64,000 nt of DNA from Octopus vulgaris (GCA_951406725.2 OX597830.1:75206001-75270000), one strand, 5' to 3'; positions 12,279-27,018 are shown, counted from the first letter of the stretch. Made by a program: numbers and translations. Notes: a model not told the origin generated them from the sequence alone.

Positions 12279-12537
12279 ACATATATATATATATATATAT
12301 GCATATACATATATGTAAATATATGTATATATACATATATAGATATATATATATGTATCTGTGTGTGTGTGTGCGCGTGTATGTACGTTTGCATATATAT
12401 GAGGGTGTATGTATGCATATGTTTACGTATGTATATATGTGTGTGTGTGTCAGTGCATATACACACACCTCTATGTGTGTACAAATATATGCATACGTTT
12501 ATACATATATGTAAATATGTATATATATATATATATG

Positions 12538-12605
<68 letters not shown>

Positions 12606-13155
12606 TGTATGTATTTATGTAGATAGATAGATAGATAGATGCATCTATATAATATATATATAATATATGTATGCGTGTGTAGGTTATGTGTTGTTTCGCG
12701 TGTGTACAGATGAATAGGTGTGTGCATATGTCTGTCTATTTTGTATGTATATATGCCTGTCAATAAATGTATACATATTCATAATTTTCCATCCTGAAAA
12801 ACTCTTTCTTTTCACTTTGTTTTTGTTGTTGTTGCTGTTGTTGTTGTTGTTGTTTCCTCGGAATTATTCTTTAATAAACAAGAAACTTTGATTTCTTACG
12901 TATCTTTGACACGCTTTAACCTCTGATGTAGGCAGATAAATCGAAATTTTTCCAATTTCATTACTACTATTACTACTACTGTTAATAATAACAAAAACAA
13001 TAATATTAATGATAATGATAATAATAACAACAATAATAATAATAATAATAATAAGATAATAATAATAATGATAACAAAAACAACAATGATACTACTACTA
13101 ACAATAATTAATAATAAAGAAATGTAACAGCAATAATAATAATAATAATAATGAC

Positions 13156-13241
<86 letters not shown>

Positions 13242-13608
13242 TAATAATAATAATGTATGAAAGCTAGTCGTACACTATTAGCAATTTCCATTAGATCGCA
13301 AATTGCATAATTTTTACAACAAAACAAAACAAAAATGAATATGAAAATCTTTATTAAATTAAATAACTAAATGAAAAAAATATATAAAACAATGTTATTA
13401 AGATATAAAATAAAATCCCACCAGCTAACCGTACAACCGACCGAGCAACATCCAACCAACATCAGGTTCAACAATGAAAATAGAAACCAAAATTATACAC
13501 TCATAGACACAGATATAAAGAGGATATATATGCATGCAAATATACAAGAACAGGAGTATGTATGTGTGCATGTATGTATGGATAAATTTATATACACGCA
13601 CATATAAG

Positions 13609-13639
<31 letters not shown>

Positions 13640-13964
13640 TACATTTAAAATTTTATATGTATGTATATACAAGTATACACACACGCAAATACAGATGCTT
13701 TCGTACTCAGAAATTAAGACAAAGAAGCGCGTATATACACACATTTTCACATGCACAAGGAAAAATATATATAGCATACCCGTCAGCAATCAGATCCTCA
13801 CTCAACAAATATACACCTCCATATACATATATACAGCAACATAGACATAGAAATGTGTATTCACACGCGTAAACATACACGTACATAATTATATCCACAA
13901 TAAAAAGTGCCCATGTACACATATATACACAAACAAACGTATATATACGTATATATAAAATACG

Positions 13965-14019
<55 letters not shown>

Positions 14020-15608
14020 TATGCACGCACAGGCAGAAATGCGCGCGTCCTTATATATATGTATAACAGTAGTTAGTTGGATAATTAGCTAGATAGATAG
14101 ATACATAGATAGATAGATATAGAGAGAAATCCATAAACCTATATATATATATATATACACACGTATACATGAGTATATTCATTTGTATGTTTATGTGTAA
14201 GTGTGTAGAGATATACATTGATATGTAGATAATGTATATATATATATATTTGTGTGTGTGTATAGGCATTTATATATATATATGTGTGTGTGTGTGTGTG
14301 AATGTATATATGTATGCGTGTAGATACACAGAGATTGATAGAAAGGTATACATATGTGTGCACATTTATATTTATAATTATATATGGATAGGTAATAAGA
14401 GAGATAGATAAATCGATAGATACGGACATACATATATATTCACATACATACACACACACACATAAGTACATACATATATGCATGCTTGCATACAAACACA
14501 TCCGGATGGATAGATGAATACATACGTACCTACGTATGTACGTACATACATATATACATACATACATACATACATACACACATAATCATCCACGAACACA
14601 ACAAGGGAAACCATCGAAATTAGAGAGAAGGTTCCTAAATGAAATACGCATGTTAAATATCTGTCATATTTAATGGTTTCTATATGTTAATGCCTTTTCC
14701 TCAATGAAAACAGATTTTACTTGAAATTTTACCTAATGAACTTTGTTACCAATACTTGTCCTCTGCGCCATATTGTCGAAATTTAATTGCAAAATTAATT
14801 CGTCATTCTTCGAATAAATTGTTTTTCATTTTAATTTTTAATTTCATGTTTTTGTTTCTGATTTCGTTTTTTTTTTTGTTTCTCTTTAGTTTCGTTTTTC
14901 GTTTTTTGTTTTTCATTTTATTTTCTGCGAAGATGTGGGGGTGTGTTGATTATGGAGTAGGTACGGGTAGGTGTAGGAGGAGCTGCTTTCTTGTTTGTTT
15001 GTTTGTTTGTTTTCTTTTGTTTTCGTGTCGTGTGTTAATTATTTAAAAAAAAATTTCTTAATAATTTCGGGAATATCATCAATTTTTTCGGCTCTTTGTT
15101 TATCTCTCTCTCTCTCTCTCTTTCTACTTTTTGCTTTCTTTCTTACCTTTCTTCTTAAATTTTTTTACATTTTATTTACTATTATTTATTTATTTCTACT
15201 AAATTTTCTTCCGTTTTTTTTTCTTTTCTACTTTTTATCACTTTTACATCTGTTTTTATTTACAGATGTTACTAGTTTAAATTTTAATATGAATTACAAT
15301 AACTAGACCAACAAAATAACAGAACTAATAGCATTTAATACCACTGTTAATGTTACTACTAGAAATAACAACCAAATCTCTTAATACCTTAAGGTATTTC
15401 TTAATCTGTTTTGTCCCACTATCCACTTCAAGTTTCCATGAAAAATATCATTACGTCTCATTACGAAAGGAGAAATTAAGAGTATAGCGTGTTTATGTAT
15501 GTGTCTGTGCCTGTGTCTAGGAGTGTGTCTGAGTGTGTGTGTGCGCGCATGTATGTAACGAAAAAGTTTTATGACTTTAATACTAGGTTTATTCATTTGT
15601 TACATACC

Positions 15609-16880
15609 TTAGTGGAGACATTACTCTTGACAGTAGATGCAGATTTGCCAGATTCAAGGGACCAATTGCATTAATTTTAGGGCTCTCTCACCAAGTTGCC
15701 TCATATAAAGACATCCCTCTGACTTTACATCTATCCGGCAACCGCAGGCTACAAAAATAAAAGGAAACAAGACGATACAAAATTTATCAGTACTTCCCTT
15801 ATTAAAATAGTGAACTTGTAGATTTCTTTTTTTCTCTTTAGAAAGCCAAATCACAGAAATTAGTTTCCTCAGAATCATCCTGCGGGAACTCAGATACCTC
15901 CTCTTGGCATTGTACTAGCATTTCATATAAACCTACGAGAAATGGTTAAGTTAGCCAAGAGGATAGCTCTTATGCTTTCACATCATAAAATCTTTCAACT
16001 CATTAAGCAATATTTTCAACAGATCAAAGATGATCTTTGCTGTGTCAGTTAACTCACACTTTTACTGTCAAGGAAACCGGCTAAAATTTCTTGCCGATAT
16101 GATGTAGTGGTGCAAGTCCCTTGAATATGGCAAATACAAATACCTTTGTTATGGCATCAATGAGTGTCATTTTGGCTCCTCGGAGCTGCTTAGTTAAAGA
16201 ACAAAGCTTCTCTAAATTGTCAGCCAAGTAACTCACATAAGCTTTGTCGTTTTTTGTCAACAAGAGATTCATTTTAGGTTTATCCTTCAAACACTCACTG
16301 AATACATCAAACATTTCTATAAATCTTTCGGGTAGTTTCTCTTTGACAACCAACTAACATCAGAGTGGAATAAAATCTTGCACTTTTTTCCATTTTCATT
16401 TTCACAGGTATTTCACTGCGCGTTCACTTTGATGAAATTCATGTATTTAATCACAAAATGCTGTATCGCATGCAGTCCACAGCAAGTTTTGAAACCATTT
16501 TTCTTTAATTTTCTTTTTCTTTTTTTAATAACAGAAACCATTGCCAACATTTTTGGATAGTCATCCTTCATCAATTTTAAACATCGTGTCTTTATTCTCA
16601 TTTTGGCAGATCTCCCGTTTATGATATAATGGTTGTTTATTTGGTGTTTCAGTTTTTGTCTAAATACTTATTAAGTTTGCTGCAGATGTCAAACTTATAT
16701 GAAATGCTAGTACAATGCCAAGAGGAGGTATCTGAGTTCCTGCAGGATGATTCCGAGGAAACACTTTTCTGTGATTAGTTGTAATGATACACAAAACAGC
16801 ATCGCTTCTGGAAATTCTTCCAGTTAAACATATCACACAAATACCAATATCAGCACTTCAATTTCATTTTCAAATCAGCC
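15609..16880 (-). pseudogene. Decayed hAT (Charlie/Buster, SCAND3/ZBED5-like) transposase
   Basis: Minus-strand fragments MLFCVSL, DICSKLNKYLD, CLKLMKDDYPKML, VIKYMNFIKVNA, RFIEMFDVFSECLKDKP..KAYVSYLADNLEKLCSLTKQLRGAKMTLIDA, CQEEVSE and LFPF..ACG are colinear with hAT transposases. Many stops and frameshifts. Confidence 0.8.
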
Positions 16881-16904
16881 AGCATTCATTCATTCATTCG
16901 TACT

Positions 16905-17030
16905 CGGTGAGTTGGTAAAATCATTAGCGTATCGGACAGAATGTACGCGTTATTTGTTCTTACGCACTGCAGTCCGAGTTCTAAACCTAACGAGGTCAGT
17001 TTGCTTTTCATATTTTCGTGTTTGGTAACA
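16905..17030 (+). mobile_element. Degenerate tRNA-derived SINE, family 2
   Basis: GGTGAGTTGGTAAAATCATTAGC...GAGTTCTAAACC..CGAGGTCAGTTTGCTTTTCATATTTTCG matches the reverse complement of the copy at 31960-32172. Confidence 0.6.
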
Positions 17031-17343
17031 TTATAATTCATGGAAGTGAATTTCGGTCAAAGAGTAAGTCATTACTCCTTTCGTGATATTGGCGCTTCTA
17101 CATAAGAAATGAATTCTACATCGGTGGATAAGTTGCCTTTTCACAGCAAATGTGCCCAGTGCACATTTATTTGTTTTTATAAAAATCTGCTTATTCTCTT
17201 CATCACCAATATGGCCTCCATCTACATAAATGAAGGGAGTTGTACTGCTATAAAGAGTACTTTCTAGACATTAGTATGAACATCTTTTTTATATTTTGAC
17301 AATAGGTTTTTCTTACATTATTTACATTATTTACATTTGACGG

Positions 17344-17538
17344 ATATTTGTCCTCATCTTGTTTGTTGTTAACATAACGTTTCGGCTGATATAACCTCCA
17401 GCCTTCATCAGGTGTCTTGGGGGAAATTTCGAAACTGGGTTCCCATTCCTAAGGTTTTTTCCCAAGACACCTAATGAAGGCTGGAGGGTATATCAGCCGA
17501 AACGTTGTGTTAACAACAAACAAGATGAGGACAAATAT
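17344..17538. ncRNA. Inverted pair of minimal type I hammerhead ribozyme motifs (Penelope-like palindrome)
   Basis: 78-bp arms (17344-17421 and 17461-17538, 3 mismatches) around a 39-nt spacer. Motif: GACAC-CTGATGA-A-GGCTG..CAGCC-GAAA-CGTT-GTGTT. Confidence 0.7.
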
Positions 17539-17889
17539 TTTTTTGTTTTGCTGTTTTAACTCACAAAGTACTTTCTGAGTATCATGGTATGCTTTTTATA
17601 ACGATGACGGGACAATTTTAGTTACCGTCGTGCGTATGATGCCTCGGTTAACCTTAGGTGAGATGATCGCATTGCTATATTCGGCTTTCTATATAGGCTT
17701 TTTGCTGAAGCATTGTAAAGTTATTTAAAAAGCCAAACTTTCGAGTAATCTCCTAACAGGTTATAGATTTTCTGATGTTTAATAAAGGTCTTTGTGTGAA
17801 ATAATATTAAAATTTCAAATTATTTTCTTCAGTTTCACTCGAAAAACAACGGCAAATTTAGCAGGTTAGACCAACGGCCGCAGCAAATG

Positions 17890-18186
<297 letters not shown>

Positions 18187-20040
18187 AGCATTTTCCAGGG
18201 TGACTCACTGTCACCACTCCTCTTTTGTTTAACCTTAATACCTCTCTCAAAACTGCTCAATGACGCGCAGTACGGGTATAAAATGTTTGATAAAAATATA
18301 AATCATCTCATTTACCTGGATGATTTAAAGCAAAAAATGACCAACAACTCAAGGGCTTACTAGCGATAGTCAAACAATTCAGTGACGACATCAGAATGCA
18401 ATTCGGCCTCGATAAATGTGCAAAAGCTACCTTTATCAAAGGAAAAATGACAGAAACATCTAACGTTAACCTTGACCAGCAGAATGTCATAAAAGAACTA
18501 GACCCAGCGGAGAGCTACAAGTACCTAGGCGTAATTGAAGGGAACGGAATAAGGCATTCAGAGATGAAGGAAAGGATCAGGAGAGAATGTTATCGAAGAG
18601 TGAGAGCAATACTCAAGACAGAGCTGAATGCAAGAAACAGGATTGAAGCAATCAATGCATTAGCCATACCAGTCGTGACTTACAGTTTCAATATCGTTAA
18701 CTGGTCAATTACTGAAATATGTCAGCTCGACAGAAAAATAAGAAAACTGTTGACAATGCATAGAATGCACCACCCTAAGGCAGATACAGAACGACTTTAT
18801 CTGCCAAGAAAAGAGGAAGGCCGTGGTCTTTAGCAACTGGCAATAACAATGAAGATTGCTACAATTGGCCTAGACACCTACCTGAAAATGTCTGAGGACT
18901 GGATGTTAAAACTTGTCTCAAAACATGAAAACAAGAAAGCATCATACTCAGTCACAAAACAGGCAAAGGAATATCTAAGTGAATTCCGAATACAACCAAT
19001 TTCGGAATTAGAGTTAGACATACAAGAAACAAGCACAGAAAAATCTAGGCGCATGAAAACCCGTGCCAAAACTGCGGCCTTAGATATTCTGAATAATAAA
19101 TGGCAAGAAAAACCCCTCTATGGCAAATACCCAAAGAGAGCGAATAATGCCCTGACCCATCAATGGCTAATGGCCTCTGGCTTAAAATCTGAAACAGAAG
19201 GGTTTATCATAGCAGCTCAAGATCAATGCCTACCAACAAGAAACTACCAGGCCAACATATTAAAGAACGGCAGTAGCCCAACATCTCGTGTATGCTGACA
19301 ACAAAATGAAACCATTGATCATGTTGTCTCCAAATGCAGTCTTCTAGCGCCTACAGAGTACCTCAACAGGCATGATAGAGCTGCACAATATATTCACTGG
19401 GTAATTTGCAAAAACCTGGATTTGCCCCATGAAAAAAACTGGTGGGAACACAACCCACCTCCAGTGCTTGAAAATGACCACATCTCACTCCTCTGGAACT
19501 TCAACATTCAAACTGAGAGAAAGATAGATGCAAATAGGCCAGACATCATATTGAAAGACTTTAGACAAAGAACATACCTCCTCATTGCTATGACTGTCCC
19601 AATCGATATAAACGTATCTGTCAAGACTTACCAAAAACTGAGCAAATATAAAGATCTTGAAATAGAAATCAGCAAAATGTGGAAGCTGAAGACTAAAACA
19701 ATACCTGTTGTCATAGGTGCCCTGGGAATGATAGCGAAAGGGGCTGATTGCTACATAAGTCAGATACCAGGAAACCTCAAAATGGCAGAAATTCAAAAGA
19801 TAGTGCTCATGGGAACTGCTCATATCCTACGCAAAATACTCACTATGTAATCCCAAGGTTTAAAACAAACTTTTTTTTAAAATTTATGTTTTAGACATTC
19901 ACTAATACAACACAAAAAAACCCCAAATATATGGCACACTAGGCATAACAACAACGTGAACTTCCAACCTGTTGTCTCTTGAGGTCTCTGGGTGAGACTT
20001 GGAGTCAACTTGTACAGACATGAACCAAAAGTCAAACATA

Positions 20041-20041
<1 letters not shown>
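18187..20041 (+). mobile_element. 5'-truncated R4/Dong-clade non-LTR retrotransposon (RT C-terminal part, CCHC finger, RLE, 3' UTR)
   Basis: RT motifs IFQGDSLSPLLFCL, INHLIYLDDLK, MQFGLDKCAK, YKYLG and RLYLPRKEEGRGL; ETEGFIIAAQDQ; zinc knuckle (RVC..ETIDHVVSKC..RHD); RLE NRPDIILKD..KLSKYKDLEIEI..IPVVIGALG. Disrupted by a frameshift near 18330 and stops at 18831-18833 and 19296-19298. (TAA)n flanks both ends. Confidence 0.93.
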
Positions 20042-20089
<48 letters not shown>

Positions 20090-20090
20090 C

Positions 20091-20142
<52 letters not shown>

Positions 20143-20189
20143 TAATAATAATAATAACAACAACAACAATAACAAAAAAATAATATTAA

Positions 20190-20752
20190 CAATAACAGAA
20201 ATCGTCCTAAAAATGGAGATTTGAAGCTGGAAACGTGGTACAATCATCGTGTGGAAAAGGCACCAGAGTCAGAGAACTAAGATTTTGTGGCGCTTACCTA
20301 TTGAAACGGAGAAGAAAATAGAAAATAATAGACCAGACAACGATTATACATAAGGAAAACCGGAGTTGTTTACTTGTCGAACCATCATGCCCGTTTGATT
20401 CCAGGATCGTAAAGAAAGAGGACGAAAAACAAAAGATGCAGTCCCTTAAAATTTGAAATAGGAAGAATTTGGAAAATGTGGGCAGTAAAGATCGTGCCTA
20501 AGATAATTGGTGCGTTGGGAGAAGTAAGCAAAGATATAGACAAATGGTTGAAGGAGATTGGAATAGAGTGTCCAGTAGAGCGCCTACAGAAAGTTTGTCT
20601 CTCAGGGAAGTAAGGATTATCAGGAGGGTTCTAAGCACTTGAAAGTCTGCTTAAAACTCGTGGACACTTCAGGTTATACGTAGTGACCTGCTATCCACAT
20701 AATTCTTAACAGGGATAAAACCGAATCTCAGCCAAACCAAAATAATAATAAA
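20190..20752 (+). mobile_element. Second R4/Dong-like RLE 3' fragment, distinct family
   Basis: WYNHRVEK..KILWRLPIETEKKIENNRPD..CLLVEPSCPFDSRIVKKEDEK..FEIGRIWKM..VKIVPKIIGALG..LQKVCL..RIIRRVLST*. A short 3' UTR ends in AATAATAATAAA. Confidence 0.8.
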
Positions 20753-21332
20753 AATTACACTGACGACGACGACGACGACGATGATGATGAGGAGGAGGAG
20801 GAGGAGGAAGATGACGATGCGGAGGAAGGCGTGAAACTGCTGTTGATGCTGGGTAGTTGTGGTGGAAACAGTGGTGTTTGTGGTGGCGGCAATTTAATAA
20901 CCAATAGAAAGTACATAAGGTGAATAATTATTACTTTTAGATAATAAGTATAATTCTTTAAATTTGCTCGCAAGCAACTTTTAGAACTGTACTTAGTCAC
21001 TGAGAAAAAGTTGCCAAGGGATTCCAATTTCATGGAACTTCGTAGATAAACAAGAAAAGTCAATTTTCACCAAAAATGAAAACATGTTTTATTATAACTT
21101 CAAATATCGTAAGTTAATTATATATTTTCAATATATTCAGACACCATGTCTGAAAGAAAACTATATTCTTCCTGTCTTATATATTTCAATACGCGGATAT
21201 TTATTTCATACGTGGATCAAGAATTTTCTGGAGTTTTCTAGAACAAATTTTCATAATAATAATAATTATAATAATAATAATAATAATAATAATTATAATA
21301 ATAATAATAATAATGATAATAATAATAATAAT

Positions 21333-21401
<69 letters not shown>

Positions 21402-21425
21402 TATTACTACTACTACTACTACTAT

Positions 21426-21463
<38 letters not shown>

Positions 21464-21486
21464 TTATTATTATTATCATTATTATT

Positions 21487-22580
21487 GCTTCGTAACGCAG
21501 TGTAGGTTTTTAATCGTCAGTCAAGTCACAACAAGGATCTCAGACAGATAATACTATCCTCAAGATGTGAGTTGTACCCAATAGGGCTGCCTTTTTGCAA
21601 GAAATCAATCTTGCATGGAATTTCCAGTTCCCTTAAGAATTCTTGAAGTTTCAATGGGATTGAGCCCAAAGCTCCGTGCACCACTGGTATCGCTTTTACA
21701 TTACCCTCTCGCATTCCATACATTTTTGCAATTTCCGCTTTCATTTCAGAATACTTGTCATTCATGTCATTTGTAATGGCTTCATCAATGATCTGACAGT
21801 ATTTGTCCTTCTTATTCAATATAACAATATCCGGTCGACGTTGTTCGATTACCCCATCCGTCTGAAAATCATAATCCCAGAATATCGTTAGTTTTCCATC
21901 CTCCTGCATAACTTTACTTGGTACATGCTCATACCCGCTCTCTCGGCATAAGAGCCAATGAAGATACACACACTTTATCGTAGCGGTGCTTGTATTCTTT
22001 TTGCGCACATATCTCACATCCACTTACCAAGTGGGTCACATTTTCCACACTTTTCCACAGATTCTGCGTTTCTTGGTATCAGAAGTTTTATAGATGTTAT
22101 ACTTCACTGACTCGGTAGCGAGAGCCTTGTCTTGTGTTGCAATGATCAGGCGTTCGGTGGTACGCTTCAAATCACCTCGCTCAAGCCATTCCCACGCTGC
22201 TGGATTATCCTTAACGTCCTGTGTATTCCTTTCAAACTGTCCATACATTCGCATTTCAAGAAGGTCTTCTTTTCCCTTCTCCTCAGCTCTTTGGTTAGAT
22301 TCTTCCTTACCCATCGTTTCATCTACACTGATACCCATATGTTTCGCGGTATGTTGCAGCAGCACTTCATCACTATTTATCAAATACTCTGCAAACGTTT
22401 TCCTTTCCTTCTTTATACAATTCATTTCCCCCAGGCTGTCCAACCTGGGCATCATTCACGACATCAGTGGAGATTTTTCTCTCCTTCAAAATAGAATGAA
22501 GCTTCTTACGTCTCTCATGATTTTCAACGAGTTTTAGCATCCATTCTATAGATGTTTTAAGATATTTGTCCAAGATATTT
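21487..22580 (-). mobile_element. Third R4/Dong-like fragment (post-RT region plus RLE)
   Basis: MYGQFER..WEWLERGDLKRTTERLIIATQDKALAT; IFWDYDFQTDGVIEQRRPDIVILNK..CQIID..KYSEMK..IPVVHGALG. TTA repeats lie at both ends. Confidence 0.88.
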
Positions 22581-22605
22581 ATTATTATTATCATTATTAT
22601 TATTA

Positions 22606-22653
<48 letters not shown>

Positions 22654-23247
22654 GTTATTATTATTATTGTTGTTGTTGTTGTTATTATTATTATTATTGT
22701 TGTTGTTGTTGTTGTTGTTGTTGTTTCTTTTGTCGTCGTCGTCGCCATAGCCGCCATTTTTACTCTCTTTACTGTCGCAGATGATGTCGTCGTCGTCATC
22801 ATCATCATCATCATTAGCATAATTCCCTCCACTAACACCATCATCGGTAAATCATTACGTCGAAATCAATACCTTTATCGAATGATTAAACATTCAAAGA
22901 AGAATCGAATTCGATATGAAAACAGGTTGACCGAATTATTAGTCACGTCATGTTGGAGAGAACAAAGGTACAAGAAGCGTTTATTTATTTACTTATTTAT
23001 TCTTGCAAACGATGCTTCAATTTTTGGATCTTATATTTTATTTCATATCGGAATTAACGAAGAATAGCACACCTGTGAACACAGGTCCCCAACAGACTCA
23101 TCAGACTGAGATCTACTGTATTTTTGGCGACAAGTAATTTGTAAGGGGCTGTCTGTGGAATTTGGTGCCGAATAAATTCTAAACAGAGCATTTAACCTCT
23201 TTTTGGTGATGTTTTCGTCTTCTTGTCGATGTTTACGACTTTCGTTT

Positions 23248-23285
<38 letters not shown>

Positions 23286-23381
23286 ACACAACACATACAT
23301 ACATATATGTGTGTTGGTAAGTGCATATATACATTCAAATACATATATGTGTAGGCCTGTGTATATATACATATACATACG

Positions 23382-23414
<33 letters not shown>

Positions 23415-23441
23415 CGAGAGAGAGAGAGATACATACATATA

Positions 23442-23478
<37 letters not shown>

Positions 23479-23499
23479 GTATATATGCTTGTGAATATG

Positions 23500-23579
<80 letters not shown>

Positions 23580-24554
23580 CTTATATCATACATATATACA
23601 ATATAAATTGCTACGATAAATCCGCGAATAAAACGTAAGTTATTCTGCCTGTGACTAAAGATTTAAGCATAAAAACAGACTAGAATTTTAGGCAAAGATG
23701 ACACAAACAATAATAATAATGCTGGATCAGACAGTCGCAAAACTGTGCTTGAAATGCGTAGACATATAAAGGAATAAAATCAGTAAAAAAAAGAGGGGCA
23801 CAATCAAGCTTTATACGCCAAAGGATGAAAGGACGGAGACAGACGTTTCGGCTGATAACCTTTATCAAAGAGGACAAAAAGCAAAGAGAAAATATAAATT
23901 GAGATTTAGGTGAAAGAGAAAATATCTACAGTACCAAAACCGAAGCCGGTTCACATGACAGGTTTCGAACAGACATGGTATATTGTTATAAAAAGAGAGC
24001 GAGATAGTATCAAGTCAATTGTTTTATGATTGATGTGATTTTGAAGGATGAATTCCGTTGAAAGAAGAAAATGTGAAGTTGATATGCAATCTTTAAGAAA
24101 AAAAAAGTGACTTTGAATCAAGCTATTCAGTGATTGCTGTGATTATGAGTGATGAATAACATTAGAGATTCGATGAGCTATCTTGAAATGAAGAGCAAGA
24201 TGAGGAAAGATAGAACCTTTTCAACACACATTTGTTCCATCTTATGATTCATGTTCAAAACTATCGGCCCTCAACATTTGTTGCACACCGGATCAGTTTT
24301 CATTTAAGCCAATTTTCCCATGGATCAGGGAATAACGTATTTAACAAAGCATGATAAATTTCGAAATATATAATTTCATTATTACATATATGATACATAT
24401 ATTATTCAAAGCACTCAGCAGACTGCAGTAGTCAAGTTAATGCAAAAATAAATTTGCGGCCCGGTAATAAAGGATCCCCGGTTCAGGGGAAGGAGAATCT
24501 TGTCTAAACAATTCAGTTCTTCCCCCCACCCCAGAATCTAGGCACGGCGTCAGA

Positions 24555-25110
24555 AATATGAAATTGAGAATGTATAGTCCTGAAAGAATTGCCTCTAAGC
24601 ATTTTGTACGATGACTAACAACTCTGCCAGCTCTCCGCCATTCTGAGTCTAAATATTATATCGACTCCTGTGCTTTGATCGACCTCGAAAAGATTTTTGT
24701 CAAAGTCGACTTCGGCGAAATTCATACTCGGAGCGTAGATCCGGAAGAAATGTGACAAAGCATTTTATTCGAAGTGCTAAAGATTCTGCAAAGTAGCCAC
24801 TTTCCCTTAGCCTAAACACTGATTTAAAATTTTGGGACAAGGCCAGCAATTTCGAGGTAAGGAGTAAGTCGATTACAACGACCTCAGTGCCCAAATAGTT
24901 CTTATTTTATCGACGGCGAAAGAACGAAGATCAAAGTCGACTTTGACGGAATCCGAACTCAGAACGATCAGCCAGAAGAAATGTCACTTAGCATTTTGCC
25001 CGGTTTGCTAACGATTCTACCAGGCAGCCACTTTTCTTGGCCTGTACAGCAACAAGAAAACTAGTTTACATCCTCAATGAATATCGAACTCAGAACATTA
25101 AGAGCCTTAA
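24555..25110 (-). mobile_element. Cluster of 3-4 tandem SINE family 2 copies or fragments
   Basis: Repeated CAAAGTCGACTT.G.CG.AA...ACTC.GA.CG...AAGAAATG...AGCATTTT...GCTAA.GATTCT motif. Confidence 0.75.
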
Positions 25111-25559
25111 GTGAATACAGAAAATCCACATTTAGTTTGTCAATTTCGAACATTCATCTCAACCCGCAACCCTGAACATTTCCATAATCATTAATTACCG
25201 TGTCAAGCAATAGACCGCAAAACTAAGAATCTGTTTATAATTACTATAATTTCAGCCATTTTGTTTTTAATTTCTTTTAGGTTTTCTTTCGTTTAAACAT
25301 TTTTTGGAAGGGGTGGGGTATTTATTTAATAAATTCATTGATTGAATTTTACTTTTAAAATTCATTTGCTTTATATATTTTATAAAAAAAAGAAAAATTA
25401 ACAATCGCATTATTTTGCATTATTATAAATTTTTTGTTTGTTTTGGACTTGAAGTTAAATGACAATAATAAAAAAATAACATCAACAAAAAGCAACAATA
25501 ATAGTAATGATGAAACTAATAATATGATATTAACGGTGATGATGATGATGATGATCTTC

Positions 25560-25782
<223 letters not shown>

Positions 25783-26009
25783 GGTATTTAAAAAAATACA
25801 TTCAATTAAATTAAATAAAATCATAGTTCCTGAAAAGCAAGAAAAAAAAACTTAAAATGTGCAAAATTGAAAATAAGAAGAATCAAGAAATTTCACAATA
25901 AAAACAAAGACGAAAATATTTAGAGGATAAAAAGGAAAATACCCTAAGCGGAACAATGATGAGAAGAGAAGAAAACTGCAAAAGAAATGCGTTGTATGTG
26001 CATGCGTTG

Positions 26010-26117
<108 letters not shown>

Positions 26118-26236
26118 TTTAAATATTCAAAAATATTTTTAATGTTTCAGCTGCAAAACTGTGGTCATACTGGAGCACCATCATTGATTGAACTACTTCA
26201 TTATTTGGAACATCGTCTAATACGTGGCATTTGGTC

Positions 26237-26325
<89 letters not shown>

Positions 26326-26546
26326 GATTTATGTATGTATGCGTTGGAGATTAGGTGTCTTTATATGTTTGATAATACATATATATATATATGTATGTAT
26401 ATATATATATAATTGTGTGTGTGTGTGTGTGCGTGAATTTACCAATTGATACCAGTAATTACACCAACCACATTGAAAATCACCAATTAAATAAAAATGA
26501 CAGAACTAACTCTAAAATAAAACAAAAACCAGAGCATCCTGTCACT

Positions 26547-26577
<31 letters not shown>

Positions 26578-27018
26578 ACACACATACACATACACACACA
26601 CACTCGCACAAATAATTCAAGAAACAATTGAACTCATGAGATGTATTTTATTTCTTGCAACGAAAGTACAGAAACATAAATTGTTGGGTTAAAATGATCG
26701 AAGTTTTAATGAAATCGATACAAAAACATATACACACACACACACATACACACACACGCAAACACACACACACATATATACATACACGATGACTTGTCGT
26801 CTGATCGTATTTGACAACATAATTTTAAAGTTACTAATACCACTATTACTATTACTACAACTATTGTCGTTATTGTTGCTGATACTAATATCACTGCTAC
26901 TGTCACTGCTCTCTTTCTACTTCTACCTATACTTCCTCTTCCTCCTCCTATTACTACTACTAATACTACAACTACTGCTAAAATTACTACTACTACTATG
27001 ACTACTACTACTACTATG

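Noticed and set aside
12900-12922. Possible minus-strand microexon (CAG|23 nt|GTAAGA)
   Set aside because: The polypyrimidine tract is weak, the length is not a multiple of 3, and no partner exons were found.
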